Assembly: GCA_964016885.1 (NCBI GenBank)
Contig: OZ024760.1
Span: forward strand, 33,728,001 to 33,792,000
Reading direction: 5' to 3'
Length of the DNA stretch: 64,000 bases
From: Eledone cirrhosa
Lineage: Eukaryota
The notes beneath the pieces were generated by a model that was not told the DNA's origin, did not search any database, and was given only the letters and a program-made list of their open reading frames with translations. Below are positions 38,701 to 50,700 of the stretch, in pieces (the first letter of the stretch is position 1; the number at the start of each line of letters is the position of its first letter). The position numbers and the translations under genes were made by a program.

Positions 38701-41700
38701 TGTTGTTGTGGTGGTAGTGTTGGTGATGTGATGGTTGTTGTTGTGGCGGTAGTGTTGGTGTGGTGGTTATTGTTGTTGTGGTGGTAGTGTTTGTGATGTG
38801 ATGGTTGTTGTTGTGGTGGTAGTGTTGGTGTTGGGATAGTTGTTGTTGTGGTGGTAATGTTGGTGTGATGGTTGTTGTTGTGGTGGACCTGGTGGTGATG
38901 TGATGGTTGTTGTTGTGGCGGTAGCGTTGGTGATGTGATGGTTGTTGTTGTGTTGGTAGTGTTGGTGATGTTATGATTGTTGTTGTGGTGGTAGTGATGG
39001 TGTTGTGATGGTTATTGTTGTGGTGGTAGTGTTGGTGTGGTGGTTGTTGTTGTGGTGGTAGTGTTGGTGATGTGATGGTTGTTTTTGTGGTGGTAGTGAT
39101 GGTGTTGTGATGGTTGTGTGTTGTGGTGGTAGTGTTGGTGATGTGATGGTTGGTGTTGTGGTGGTAGTGTTGGTGATGTGATGATTGTTGTTGTGGTGGT
39201 AGTGTTGGTGATGTGATGGTTGTTGTTGTGGTGGTAGTGTTGGTGTGGTGGTTGTTGTTGTTGTGGTTGTAGTGTTGGTGATGTGATGGTTGTTGTTGTG
39301 GTGGTAGTGTTGGTGATGTGATGGTTGTTGTTGTTGTGGTAGTGTTGGTGATGTGATGGTTGTTGTTGTGGTGGTAGTGTTGGTGATGTGATGGTTGTTG
39401 TTGTGGTGGTAGTGTTGGTGATGTGATGGTTGTTGTTGTTGTGGTAGTGTTGGTGATGTGATGGTTGTTGTTGTTGTGGTAGTGTTGGTGATGTGATGGT
39501 TGTTGTTGTGGTGGTAGTGTTGGTGATGTGATGGTTGTTGTTGTGGTGGTAGTGTTGGTTTGGCGGTTGTTGTTGTGGTGGTAGTGTTGGTGATGTGATG
39601 GTTGTTGTTGTTGTGGTGGTAGTGTTGGTGATGTGATGGTTGTTGTTGTGGTGGTAGTGGTGGTGTTGTGATGTTTGTTGTTGTGATGGTAGTGTTGGTG
39701 ATGTGATGGTTGTTGTTGTGGTGGTATAGTGTTGGTGTTGTGACGGTTGTGGTTGTAGTGGTAGTGTTGGTGATGTGATGGTTGGTGTTGTGGTGGTAGT
39801 TTTGTTGATGTGATGGTTGTTGTTGTGGTGGTAGTGTTGGTGATGTGATGCTTGTTGTTGTGGTGGTAGTGTTGGTGTTGTGATGGTTGTTGTGGTGGTA
39901 GTGTTGGTGATGTGATGGTTGTTGTTGTGGTGGTAGTGTTGGTGATGTGATGCTTTTTGTTGTGGTGGTAGTGTTGGTGTTGTGATGGTTGTTGGTGTGG
40001 TGGTAGTGTTGGTGTTGTGATGGTTGTTGTTGTGGTGGTAGTGTTGGTGTTGTGATGGTTGTTGTTGTGGTGGTAGTGTTGGTGTGGTGGTTGTTGTTGT
40101 GGTGGTAGTGTTGGTGATGTGATGGTTGTTGTTGTGGCGGTAGTGTTGGTGTGGTGGTTATTGTTGTTGTGGTGGTAGTGTTTGTGATGTGATGGTTGTT
40201 GTTGTGGTGGTAGTGTTGGTGTTGGGATAGTTGTTGTTGTGGTGGTAATGTTGGTGTGATGGTTGTTGTTGTGGTGGACCTGGTGGTGATGTGATGGTTG
40301 TTGTTGTGGTGGTAATGTTGGTGATGTGATGGTTGTTGTTGTGTTGGTAGTGTTGGTGATGTTATGATTGTTGTTGTGGTGGTAGTGATGGTGTTGTGAT
40401 GGTTATTGTTGTGGTGGTAGTGTTGGTGTGGTGGTTGTTGTTGTGGTGGTAGTGTTGGTGATGTGATGGTTGTTGTTGTGGTGGTAGTGTTGGTGATGTG
40501 ATGGTTGTTTTTGTGGTGGTAGTGGTGGTGTTGTGATGGTTGTGTGTTGTGGTGGTAGTGTTGGTGATGTGATGGTTGGTGTTGTGGTGGTAGTGTTGGT
40601 GATATGATGATTGTTGTTGTGGTGGTAGTGTTGGTGATGTGATGGTTGTTGTTGTGGTGGTAGTGTTGGTGTGGTGGTTGTTGTTGTTGTGGTGGTAGTG
40701 TTGGTGTGGTGGTTGTTGTTGTTGTGGTGGTTTTGTTGGTGATGTGATGGTTGTTGTTGTGGTGGTAGTGTTGGTGATGTGATGGTCGTTGTTGTGGTGG
40801 TAGTGATGGTGTTGTGATGGTTGTTGTTGTGGTGGTAGTGTTGGTGATGTGATGGTTGTTGTTGTGGTGGTAGTGTTGGTGATGTGATGGTTGTTGTTGT
40901 TGTTGTGGTAGTGTTGGTGATGTGATGGTTGTTGTTGTGGTGGTAGTGTTGGTGATGTGATGGTTGTTGTTGTTGTGGTAGTGTTGGTGATGTGATGGTT
41001 GTTGTTGTTGTGGTAGTGTTGGTGATGTGATGGTTGTTGTTGTGGTGGTAGTAATGGTGTTGTGATGGTTGTTGTTGTGGTGGTAGTGTTGGTTTCGTGG
41101 TTGTTGTTGTGGTGGTAGTGTTGGTGATGTGATGGTTGTTGTTGTGGTGGTAGTGGTGGTGTTGTGATGTTTGTTGGTGTGATGGTAGTGTTGGTGATGT
41201 GATGGTTGTTGTTGTGGTGGTATAGTGTTGGTGTTGTGATGGTTGTTGTTGTGGTGGTAGTGTTAGTGATGTGCTGGTTGTTGTTGTGGTGGTAGTGTTG
41301 GTGATGTGATGGTTGTTGTTGTGGTGGTAGTGTTGGTGTTGTGATGGTTGTTGTTGCTGTGGTATTGTTGGTGATGTGGTGGTTGTTGTTGTGGTGGTAG
41401 TGTTGGTGATGTGATGGTTGAGGTTGTTGTGGTAGTGTTGGTGTTGTGATGGTTGTTGTTGTTGTGGTAGTGTTGGTGATGTGATGGTTGTTGTTGTGGT
41501 GGTAGTGTTGGTGATGTGATGGTTGTTGTTGTGGTGGTAGTGTTGGTGTTGTGATGGTTGTTGTTGCTGTGGTAGTGTTGGTGATGTGATGGTTGTTGTT
41601 GTGGTGGTAGTGTTGGTGTTGTGATGGTTGTTGTTGTGGTGGTAGTGTTGGTGTTGTGATGGTTGTTGTTGTGGTGGTAGTTTTGGTGTTGTGATAGTTG

Positions 41701-44700
41701 TTGTTGTGGTGGTAATGTTGCTGTGGTGGTTGTTGTTGTGGTGGTAGTGTTGGTGTTGTGATAGTTGTTGTTGTGGTGGTAATGTTGGTGTGATGGTTGT
41801 TGTTGTGGTGGACCTGTTGGTGATGTGATGGTTGTTGTTGTGGTGGTAGTGTTGGTGTGTTGGTTGTTGTTGGTGATGTGATGGTTGTTGTTGTGGTGGT
41901 AGTGTTGGTGATGTGATGGTTGTTGTTGTGGTGGTAGAGATGGTGTTGTGATGGTTATTGTTGTTGTAGTAGTTTTGGTGTGGTGGTTGTTGTTGTGGTG
42001 GTAGTGTTGGTGATGTGATGGTTGTTGTTGTGGTGGTAGGGTTGGTGATGTGATGGTTGTTGTTGTGGTGGTAATGTTGGTGTGATGGCTGTTGTTGTGG
42101 TGAACCTGTTGGTGATGTGATGGTTGTTGTTGTGGTGGTAGTGTTGGTGTGGTGGTTGTTGTTGTGGTGGTAGTGTTGGTGATGTGATGGTTGTTGTTGT
42201 GGTTGGTAGTGTTGGTGTTGTGATAGTTGATGTTGTGCTGGTAATGTTGGTGTGATGGTTGTTGTTGTGGTGGACCTGTTGGTGATGTGATGGTTGTTGT
42301 TGTGGTGGTAGTGTTGGTGTGGTGGTTGTTGTTGTGGTGGTAGTGTTGATGTGATGGTTGTTGTTGTGGTGGTAGTGTTGGTGATGTGATGGTTGTTGTT
42401 GTGGTGGTAGTGTTGGTGTGGTGGTTGTTGTTTTGGTGGTAGTGATGGTGTTGTGATGGTTATTGTTGTGGTGGTAGTGTTGGTGTGGTGGTTGTTGTTG
42501 TGGTGGTAGTGTTGGTGATGTGATGGTTGTTGTTGTGGTGGTAGTGTTGGTGATGTGATGGTTGTTGTTGTGGTTGTCGTGTTGGTGTGGTGTTTGTTGT
42601 TGTGGTGGTAGTGTTGGTGATGTGATGGTTGTTGTTGTGGTGGTAGTGTTGGTGATGTGATGGTTATTGTTGTGGTGGTAGTGTTGCTGTGGTGGTTGTT
42701 GTTGTGGTGGTAGTGTTGGTGATGTATTGGTTGTTGTTGTGGTGGTAGTGCTGGTGTGGTGGTTGTTGTGTGGTGGTAGTGTTGGTGATGTGATGGTTGT
42801 TGTGGTGGTAGTGTTGGTGATGTGATGGTTGCTGTTGTGGTGGTAGTGATGGTGTTGTGTAGGTTATTGTTGTGGTGATAGTGTTGGTGTGGTGGTTGTT
42901 GTTGTGGTGGTAGTGTTGGTGATGTGATGGTTGTTGTTGTGGTGGTAGTGTTGGTGTGGTGGTTGTTGCAGTGGTGGTAGTGTTGGTGATGTGATGGTTG
43001 TTGTTGTGGTGGTAGTGTTGGTGATGTGATGGTTGTTGTTGTGGTGGTAGTGTTGGTGATGTGAGGGTTGTTGCTGTGGTGGTAGTGTTGGTGTGGTGGT
43101 TGTTGCTGTGGGGTTTGTGTTGGTGATGTGATGGTTGTTGTTGTGGTGGTAGTGTTGGTGATGTGATGGTTCTTGTTGTGGTGGTAGTGTTAGTGATGTG
43201 ATGGTTGTTGTTGTGGTGGTTTTGTTGGTGATGTGATGGTTGTTGTTATGGTGGTAGTGTTGGTGATGTGATGGTTGTTGTTGTGGTTGTAGTGTTGGTT
43301 TGGTGGTTGTTGTTGTGGTGGTAGTGTTGGTGATGTGATGGTTGTTGTTGTGGCGGTAGTGTTGGTGTGGTGGTTATTGTTGTTGTGGTGGTAGTGTTTG
43401 TGATGTGATGGTTGTTGTTGTGGTGGTAGTGTTGGTGTGGTGGTTGTTGTTGTGGTGGTTGTGTTGGTGATGTGATGGTTGTTGTTGTGGTGGTAGTGTT
43501 GGTGATGTGATGATTGTTGTTGTGGTGGTAGTGATGGTTTTGTGATGGTTATTGTTGTGGTGGTAGTTTTGGTGTGGTGGTTGTTGTTGTGGTGGTAGTG
43601 TTGGTGATATGATGGTTGTTGTTGTGGTGGTAGTGTTGGTGATGTTATGGTTGTTGTTGTGGTGGTAGTGTTGGTGTTGTGATAGTTGTTGTTGTGGTGG
43701 TATTGTTGGTGTTGTGATGGTTGTTGTTGTGGTGGTAATGTTGGTGTGATGGTTGTTGTTGTGGTGGACCTGTTGGTGATGTGATGGTTTTTGTTATCGT
43801 GGTAGTGTTGGTGTGGTGGTTGTTGTTTTGGTGGTAGTGTTGGTGATGTGATGGTTGTAGTTGTGGTGGTAGTGTTGGTGTTGTGATAGTTGTTGTTGTG
43901 GTGGTAATGTTGGTGTGATGGTTGTTGTTGTGGTGGACCTGTTGGTGATGTGATGGTTTTTGTTATCGTGGTAGTGTTGGTGTGGTGGTTGTTGTTTTGG
44001 TGGTAGTGTTGGTGATGTGATGGTTGTAGTTGTGGTGGTAGTGTTGGTGTTGTGATAGTTGTTGTTGTGGTGGTAATGTTGGTGTGGTGGTTGTTGTTGT
44101 GGTGGTAGTGTTGGTGATGTCATGGTTGTTGTGGTGGTGGTAGTGTTGGTGATGTGATGGTTGTTGTTGTGGTGGTAGTAATGGTGTTGTCATGGTTATT
44201 GTTGTGGTGGTAGTTTTGGTGTGGGGGTTGTTGTTGTGATGGTAGTTTTGGTGATGTGATGGTTGTTGTTGTGGTGGTAGTGTTGGTGATGTGATGGTTG
44301 TTGTGTGGTGGTAGTGTTGGTGTGGTGGTTGTTGTTGTGGTGGTAGTGTTTGTGATGTGATGGTTGTTGTTGTGGTTGGTAGTGTTGGTGTTGTGATAGT
44401 TGATGTTGTGCTGGTAATGTTGGTGTGATGGTTGTTGTTGTGGTGGACCTGTTGGTGATGTGATGGTTGTTGTTGTGGTGGTAGTGTTGGTGTGGTGGTT
44501 GTTGTTGTGGTGGTAGTGTTGGTGATGTGATGGTTGTTGTTGTGGTGGTAGTGTTGGTGATGTGATGGTTGTTGTTGTGGTGGTAGTGTTGGTGTGGTGG
44601 TTGTTGTTTTGGTGGTCGTGATGGTGTTGTGATGGTTATTGTTGTGGTGGTAGTGTTGGTGTGGTGGTTGTTGTTGTGGTGGTAGTGTTGGTGATGTGAT

Positions 44701-47700
44701 GGTTGTTGTTGTGGTGGTAGTGTTGGTGATGTGATGGTTGTTGTTGTGGTGGTAGTGTTGGTGTGGTGTTTGTTGTTGTGGTGGTAGTGTTGGTGATGTG
44801 ATGGTTGTTGTTGTGGTGGTAGTGTTGGTGATGTGATGGTTATTGTTGTGGTGGTAGTGTTGGTGCTGTGGTTGTTGTTGTGGTGGTAGTGTTGGTGATG
44901 TATTGGTTGTTGTTGTGGTGGTAGTGTTGGTGATGTGATGGTTGTCGTTGTGGTGGTAGTGCTGGTGTGGTGGTTGTTGTGTGGTGGTAGTGTTGGTGAT
45001 GTGATGGTTGTTGTGGTGGTAGTGTTGGTGATGTGATGGTTGCTGTTGTGGTGGTAGTGATGGTGTTGTGATGGTTATTGTTGTGGTGATAGTGTTGGTG
45101 TGGTGGTTGTTGTTGTGGTGGTAGTGTTGGTGATGTGATGGTTGTTGTTGTGGTGGTAGTGTTGGTGTGGTGGTTGTTGCAGTGGTGGTAGTGTTGGTGA
45201 TGTGATGGTTGTTGTTGTGGTGGTAGTGTTGGTGATGTGATGGTTGTTGTTGTGGTGGTAGTGTTGGTGATGTGATGGTTGTTGCTGTGGTGGTAGTGTT
45301 GGTGTGGTGGTTGTTGCTGTGGGGTTTGTGTTGGTGATGTGATGGTTGTTGTTGTGGTGGTAGTGTTGGTGATGTGATGGTTCTTGTTGTGGTGGTAGTG
45401 TTGGTGATGTGATGGTTGTTGTTGTGGTGGTTTTGTTGGTGATGTGATGGTTGTTGTTGTGGTGGTAGTGTTGGTGATGTGATGGTTGTTGTTGTGGTTG
45501 TAGTGTTGGTTTGGTGGTTGTTGTTGTGGTGGTAGTGTTGGTGATGTGATGGTTGTTGTTGTGGCGGTAGTGTTGGTGTGGTGGTTATTGTTGTTGTGGT
45601 GGTAGTGTTTGTGATGTGATGGTTGTTGTTGTGGTGGTAGTGTTGGTGTGGTGGTTGTTGTTGTGGTGGTTGTGTTGGTGATGTGATGGTTGTTGTTGTG
45701 GTGGTAGTGTTGGTGATGTGATGATTGTTGTTGTGGTGGTAGTGATGGTGTTGTGATGGTTATTGTTGTGGTGGTAGTTTTGGTGTGGTGGTTGTTGTTG
45801 TGGTGGTAGTGTTGGTGATATGATGGTTGTTGTTGTGGTGGTAGTGTTGGCGATGTGATGGTTGTTGTTGTGGTGGTAGTGTTGGTGTTGTGATAGTTGT
45901 TGTTGTGGTGGTATTGTTGGTGTTGTGATGGTTGTTGTTGTGGTGGTAATGTTGGTGTGATGGTTGTTGTTGTGGTAGACCTGTTGGTGATGTGATGGTT
46001 TTTGTTATCGTGGTAGTGTTGGTGTGGTGGTTGTTGTTTTGGTGGTAGTGTTGGTGATGTGATGGTTGTAGTTGTGGTGGTAGTGTTGGTGTTGTGATAG
46101 TTGTTGTTGTGGTGGTAATGTTGGTGTGATGGTTGTTGTTGTGGTGGACCTGTTGGTGATGTGATGGTTTTTGTTATCGTGGTAGTGTTGGTGTGGTAGT
46201 TGTTGTTTTGGTGGTAGTGTTGGTGATGTCATGGTTGTTGTGGTGGTGGTAGTGTTGGTGATGTGATGGTTGTTGTTGTGGTGGTAGTGATGGTGTTGTG
46301 ATGGTTATTGTTGTGGTGGTAGTTTTGGTGTGGGGGTTGTTGTTGTGATGGTAGTTTTGGTGATGTGATGGTTGTTGTTGTGGTGGTAGTGTTGGTGATG
46401 TGATGGTTGTTGTGAGGTGGTGGTGTTGGTGTGGTGGTTGTTGTTGTGGTGGTAGTGTTGGTGATGTGATGGTTGTTGTTGTGGTGGTAGTGTTTGTGTG
46501 GTGGTTGTTGTTGTGGTGGTAGTGTTGGTGATGTGATGGTTGTTGTTGTGGTGGTAGTTGGTGATGTGATGGTTGTTGTTGTGGTGGTAGTGATGGTGTT
46601 GTGATGATTTTTGTTGTGGTGGTAGTGTTGGTGTGGTGGTTGTTGTTGTGGTGGTAGTTTGGTGATGTGATGGTTGTTGTTGTGGTGGTAGTGTTGGTGA
46701 TGTGATGGTTGTTGTTGTGGTGGTAATGTTGGTGTTGTGATGGTTGTTGTTGTGGTGGTAGTGTTGGTGATGTGATGGTTGTTGTTGTGCTGGTAGTGTT
46801 GGTGATGTGATTGTTGTTGTGGTGGTGTTGGTGTTGTGATCGTTGTTGTTGTGGTGGTAGTAATGGTATTGTGATGGTTGTTGTTGTGGTGGTAGTGTTG
46901 GTGATTTGATGGTTGTTCTTGTGGTGGTAGTGTTGGTGTTGTGATGGTTGTTGTTGTGGTGGTAGTGTTGGTGTTGTATTGGCTGTTGTTGTGGTGGTAG
47001 TGTTGGTGTTGTGATGGTTGTTGTTGTTGTGGTAGTGTTGGTGATGTGATTGTTGTTGTGGTAGTGTTGGTGTGGTGGTTGTTGTTGTGGTGGTAGTGTT
47101 GGTGATGTGATGGTTGTTGTTGTGGTGGTAGTGTTTGTGTGGTGGTTGTTGTTGTTTTGGTAGTGTTGGTGATGTGATGGTTGTTGTTGTGGTGGTAGTT
47201 GGTGATGTGATGGTTGTTGTTGTGGTGGTAGTGATGGTGTTGTGATGGTTTTTGTTGTGGTGGTAGTGTTGGTGTGGTGGTTGTTGTTGTGGTGGTAGTT
47301 TGGTGATGTGATGGTTGTTGTTGTGGTGGTAGTGTTGGTGATGTGATGGTTGTTGTTGTGGTTGTAATGTTGGTGTTGTGATGGTTGTTGTTGTGGTGGT
47401 AGTGTTGGTGATGTGATGTTTGTTGTTGTGCTGGTAGTGTTGGTGATGTGATTGTTGTTGTGGTGGTGTTGGTGTTGTGATCGTTGTTGTTGTGGTGGTA
47501 GTAATGGTATTGTGATGGTTGTTGTTCTGGTGGTAGTGTTGGCGATGTGATGGTTGTTGTTGTGGTGGTTGTGTTGGTGTTGTGATGGTTGTTGTTGTGG
47601 TGGTAATGTTGGTTTGGTGTTTGTTGTTGTGGTAGTAGTGTTGGTGATGTGAGGGTTGTTGTTCTTGTGGTAGTGTTGGTGATGTGATGGTTGTTGTTGT

Positions 47701-50700
47701 GGTGGTAGTGTTGGTGTGTTGGTTGTTGTTGTGGTTGTAGTGATGGTGATATGATGGTTGTTGTTGTGCTGGTAGTGATGGTGTTGTGATGGTTGTTGTT
47801 GTGGTTGTAGTGATGGTGATATGATGGTTGTTGTTGTGGTGGTAGTGTTGGTGATGTAATGGTTGTTGTTGTGGTGGTAGTGTTGGTGATATGATGGTTG
47901 TTGTTGTGGTGGTAGTGTTGGTTATGTGATGGTTGTTGTTGTGGTGGTAGTGTTGGTGTGGTGGTTGTTGTTGTGGTGGTAGTGTTGGTGATGTGATGTT
48001 TGTTGTTCTGGTGGTAGTGATGGTGTTGTGATGGTTATTGTTGTGGTGGTAGTGTTGGTGTGGTGGTTGTTGTTGTTGTGGTGGTAGTGTTGGTGATGTG
48101 ATGGTTGTTGTTGTTGTGGTAGTGTTGGTGTGGTGGTTGTTGTTGTGGTGGTAGTGTTGGTGATGTGATGTTTGTTGTTCTGGTGGTAGTGATGGTGTTG
48201 TGATGGTTATTGTTGTGGTGGTAGTGTTGGTGTGGTGGTTGTTGTTGTTGTGGTGGTAGTGTTGGTGATGTGATGGTTGTTGTTGTTGTGGCAGTGTTGG
48301 TGTTGTGATGGTTGTTGTTGTAGTGGTAGTGATGGTGTTGTGATGGTTGTTGTTGTGGTGGTAGTGTTGGTGATTTGATTGTTGTTGTTCTGGTGGTAGT
48401 GTTGGTGTGGTGGTTGTTGTTGTGGTGGTAGTGATGGTGTTGTGATGTTTTTTCTTGTGGTGGTAGTGTTGGTGTGGTGGTTGTTGTTGTGGTGGTAGTG
48501 TTGGTGATGTGATGGTTGTTGTTGTGGTGGTTTTGTTGGTGATGTGATGGTTGTTGTTGTGGTGGTAGTGTTCGTGATGTGATGGTTGTTGTTGTGGTGG
48601 TAGTGATGGTGTTGTGATGGTTGTTGTTGTGGTGGTTGTGTTGGTGATGTGGTGGTTGTTGTTGTGGTGGTAGTGATGGTGTTGAGATGGTTATTGTTGT
48701 GGTGGTAGTGTTGGTGTGGTGGTTGTTGTTGTGGTGGTAGTGTTGGTGATGTGATGGTTGTTGTTGTGGTGGTAGTGTTGGTGATGTGATGCTTGTTTTG
48801 TGGTGGTAGTGTTGGTGTTGTGATGGTTGTTGTTGTGGTGGTAGTGTTGGTGTTATGATGGTTGTTGTTGTGGTGGTAGTGTTGGTTTGGTGGTGGTTAT
48901 TGTGGTCGTAGTGTTGGTGATGTAATGCTTGTTGTAGTGGTGGTAGTGTTGGTGTTGTGATGGTTGTTGTTGTGGTGGTAGTGTTGGTGTTGTGATGGTT
49001 GTTGTTGTGGTGGTTGTGTTGGTGTGGTTGTTGTTGTTGTGGTGGTAGTGTTGGTGATGTGATGGTTGTTGTTGTGATGGTAGTGTTGGTGTTGTGATGG
49101 TTGTTGTTGTGGTGGTAGTGTTGGTGTGGTCGTTGTTGATGTGGTGGTAGTGTTGGTGCTGTGATGGTTGTTGTTGTGGTGGTAGTGTTGGTGTTGTGAT
49201 AGTTGTTGTTGTGGTGGTAATGTTTGTGTGGTGGTAGTGTTGGTGATGTGATTGTTGTTGTTGTGGTGGTAGTGTTAGTGATGTGATGGTTGTTGTTGTG
49301 CTGGTAGTAATGGTGTAGTGATGGCTGTTGTTGTGGTGGTAGTGTTGGTGAGGTGGTTGTTCTTGTGGTGGTAGTGATGGTGATGTGATGGTTGTTGTTG
49401 TGGTGGTAGTGTTGGTGTGGTGGTTGTTGTTGTGGTGGTAGTGTTGGTGATGTGATGTTTGTTGTTCTGGTGGTAGTGATGGTCTTGTGATGGTTATTGT
49501 TGTGGTGGTAGTGTTAGTGTGGTGGTTGTTGTTGTTGTGGTGGTAGTGTTGGTGATGTGATAGTTGTTGTTGTTGTGGTAGTGTTGGTGTTGTGATGGTT
49601 GTTGTTGTAGTGGTAGTGATGGTGTTGTGATGGTTGTTGTTGGTGTGGTAGTGTTGGTGATGTGATTTTTGTTGTTCTGGTGGTAGTGTTGGTGTGGTGG
49701 TTGTTGTTGTGGTGGTAGTGATGGTGATGTGATGGTTGTTGTTGTGGTGGTAGTGATGGTGTTGTGATAGTTGTTCTTGTGGTGGCAGTGTTGGTGTGGT
49801 TGTTGTTGTGGTGGTAGTGTTGGTGATGTGATGGTTGTTGTGGTTGTGGTAGTGTTGGTGTGGTGGTTGTTGTTGTGGTGGTAGTATTGGTGATGTGATG
49901 GTTGTTGTTGTGGTGGTAGTGTTGGTGATGTGATGGTTGTTGTTGTGGTGGTAGTGTTGGTGATGTGATGGTTGTTGTTGTGTGTGGTTTTGTTGGTGAT
50001 GTGATGTTTGTTGTTGTGGTGGTAGTGTTGGTGATGTGATGGTTGTTGTTGTGGTGGTAGTGTTGGTGATATGATGGTTGTTGTTGTGGTGGTAGTGATG
50101 GTGTTGTGATGGTTGTTGTTGTGTTGGTGATGTGGTTGTTGTTGTTGTGGTCGTAGTGATGGTGTTGAGATGGTTATTGTTGTGGTGGTAGTGTTGGTGA
50201 TGTGATGGTTGTTGTTGTGGTGGTTGTGTTGGTGATGTGGTGGTTGTTGTTGTGGTGGGAGTGTTGGTGATGTGATGGTTGTTGTTGTGGTGGTAGTGTT
50301 GGTGATGTGATGGTTGTTGTTGTGGTGGTAGTGTTGGTGATGTGATGGTTGTTGTTGTGGTGGTAGTCTTGGTGATGTGATGGTTGTTGTTGTGGTGGTA
50401 GTGTTGGTGATGTGATGGTTGTTGTTGTGGTGGTAGTGTTGTTGTTGTGATGGTTGTTGTTGTGGTGGTTGTGTTGGTGATGTGATGATTGTTGTTGTGG
50501 TTGTAGTGATGGTGTTGTGATGGTTTTTGTTGTGGTGGTAGTGTTGGTGATTTAATGGTTGTTGTTGTGGTGGTAGTGTTGGTGATGTGATGGTTGTTGT
50601 TGTGGTGGTAGTGTTGGTGTTGTGATGGTTGTTGTTGTGGTGTTAGTGTTAGTGTTGTTGTGCTGGTAGTGTTGGTGATGTGATTGTTGTTGTGGTGGTG

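Noticed and set aside
12977-46232. Minus-strand ORFs of 75-591 aa rich in H/N/T/Q/P
   Set aside because: They lie wholly within the satellite. The C/A-rich strand lacks stops by composition, the ATGs come from sporadic CAT variants, and the peptide simply cycles through the three frames of a 35-bp unit.
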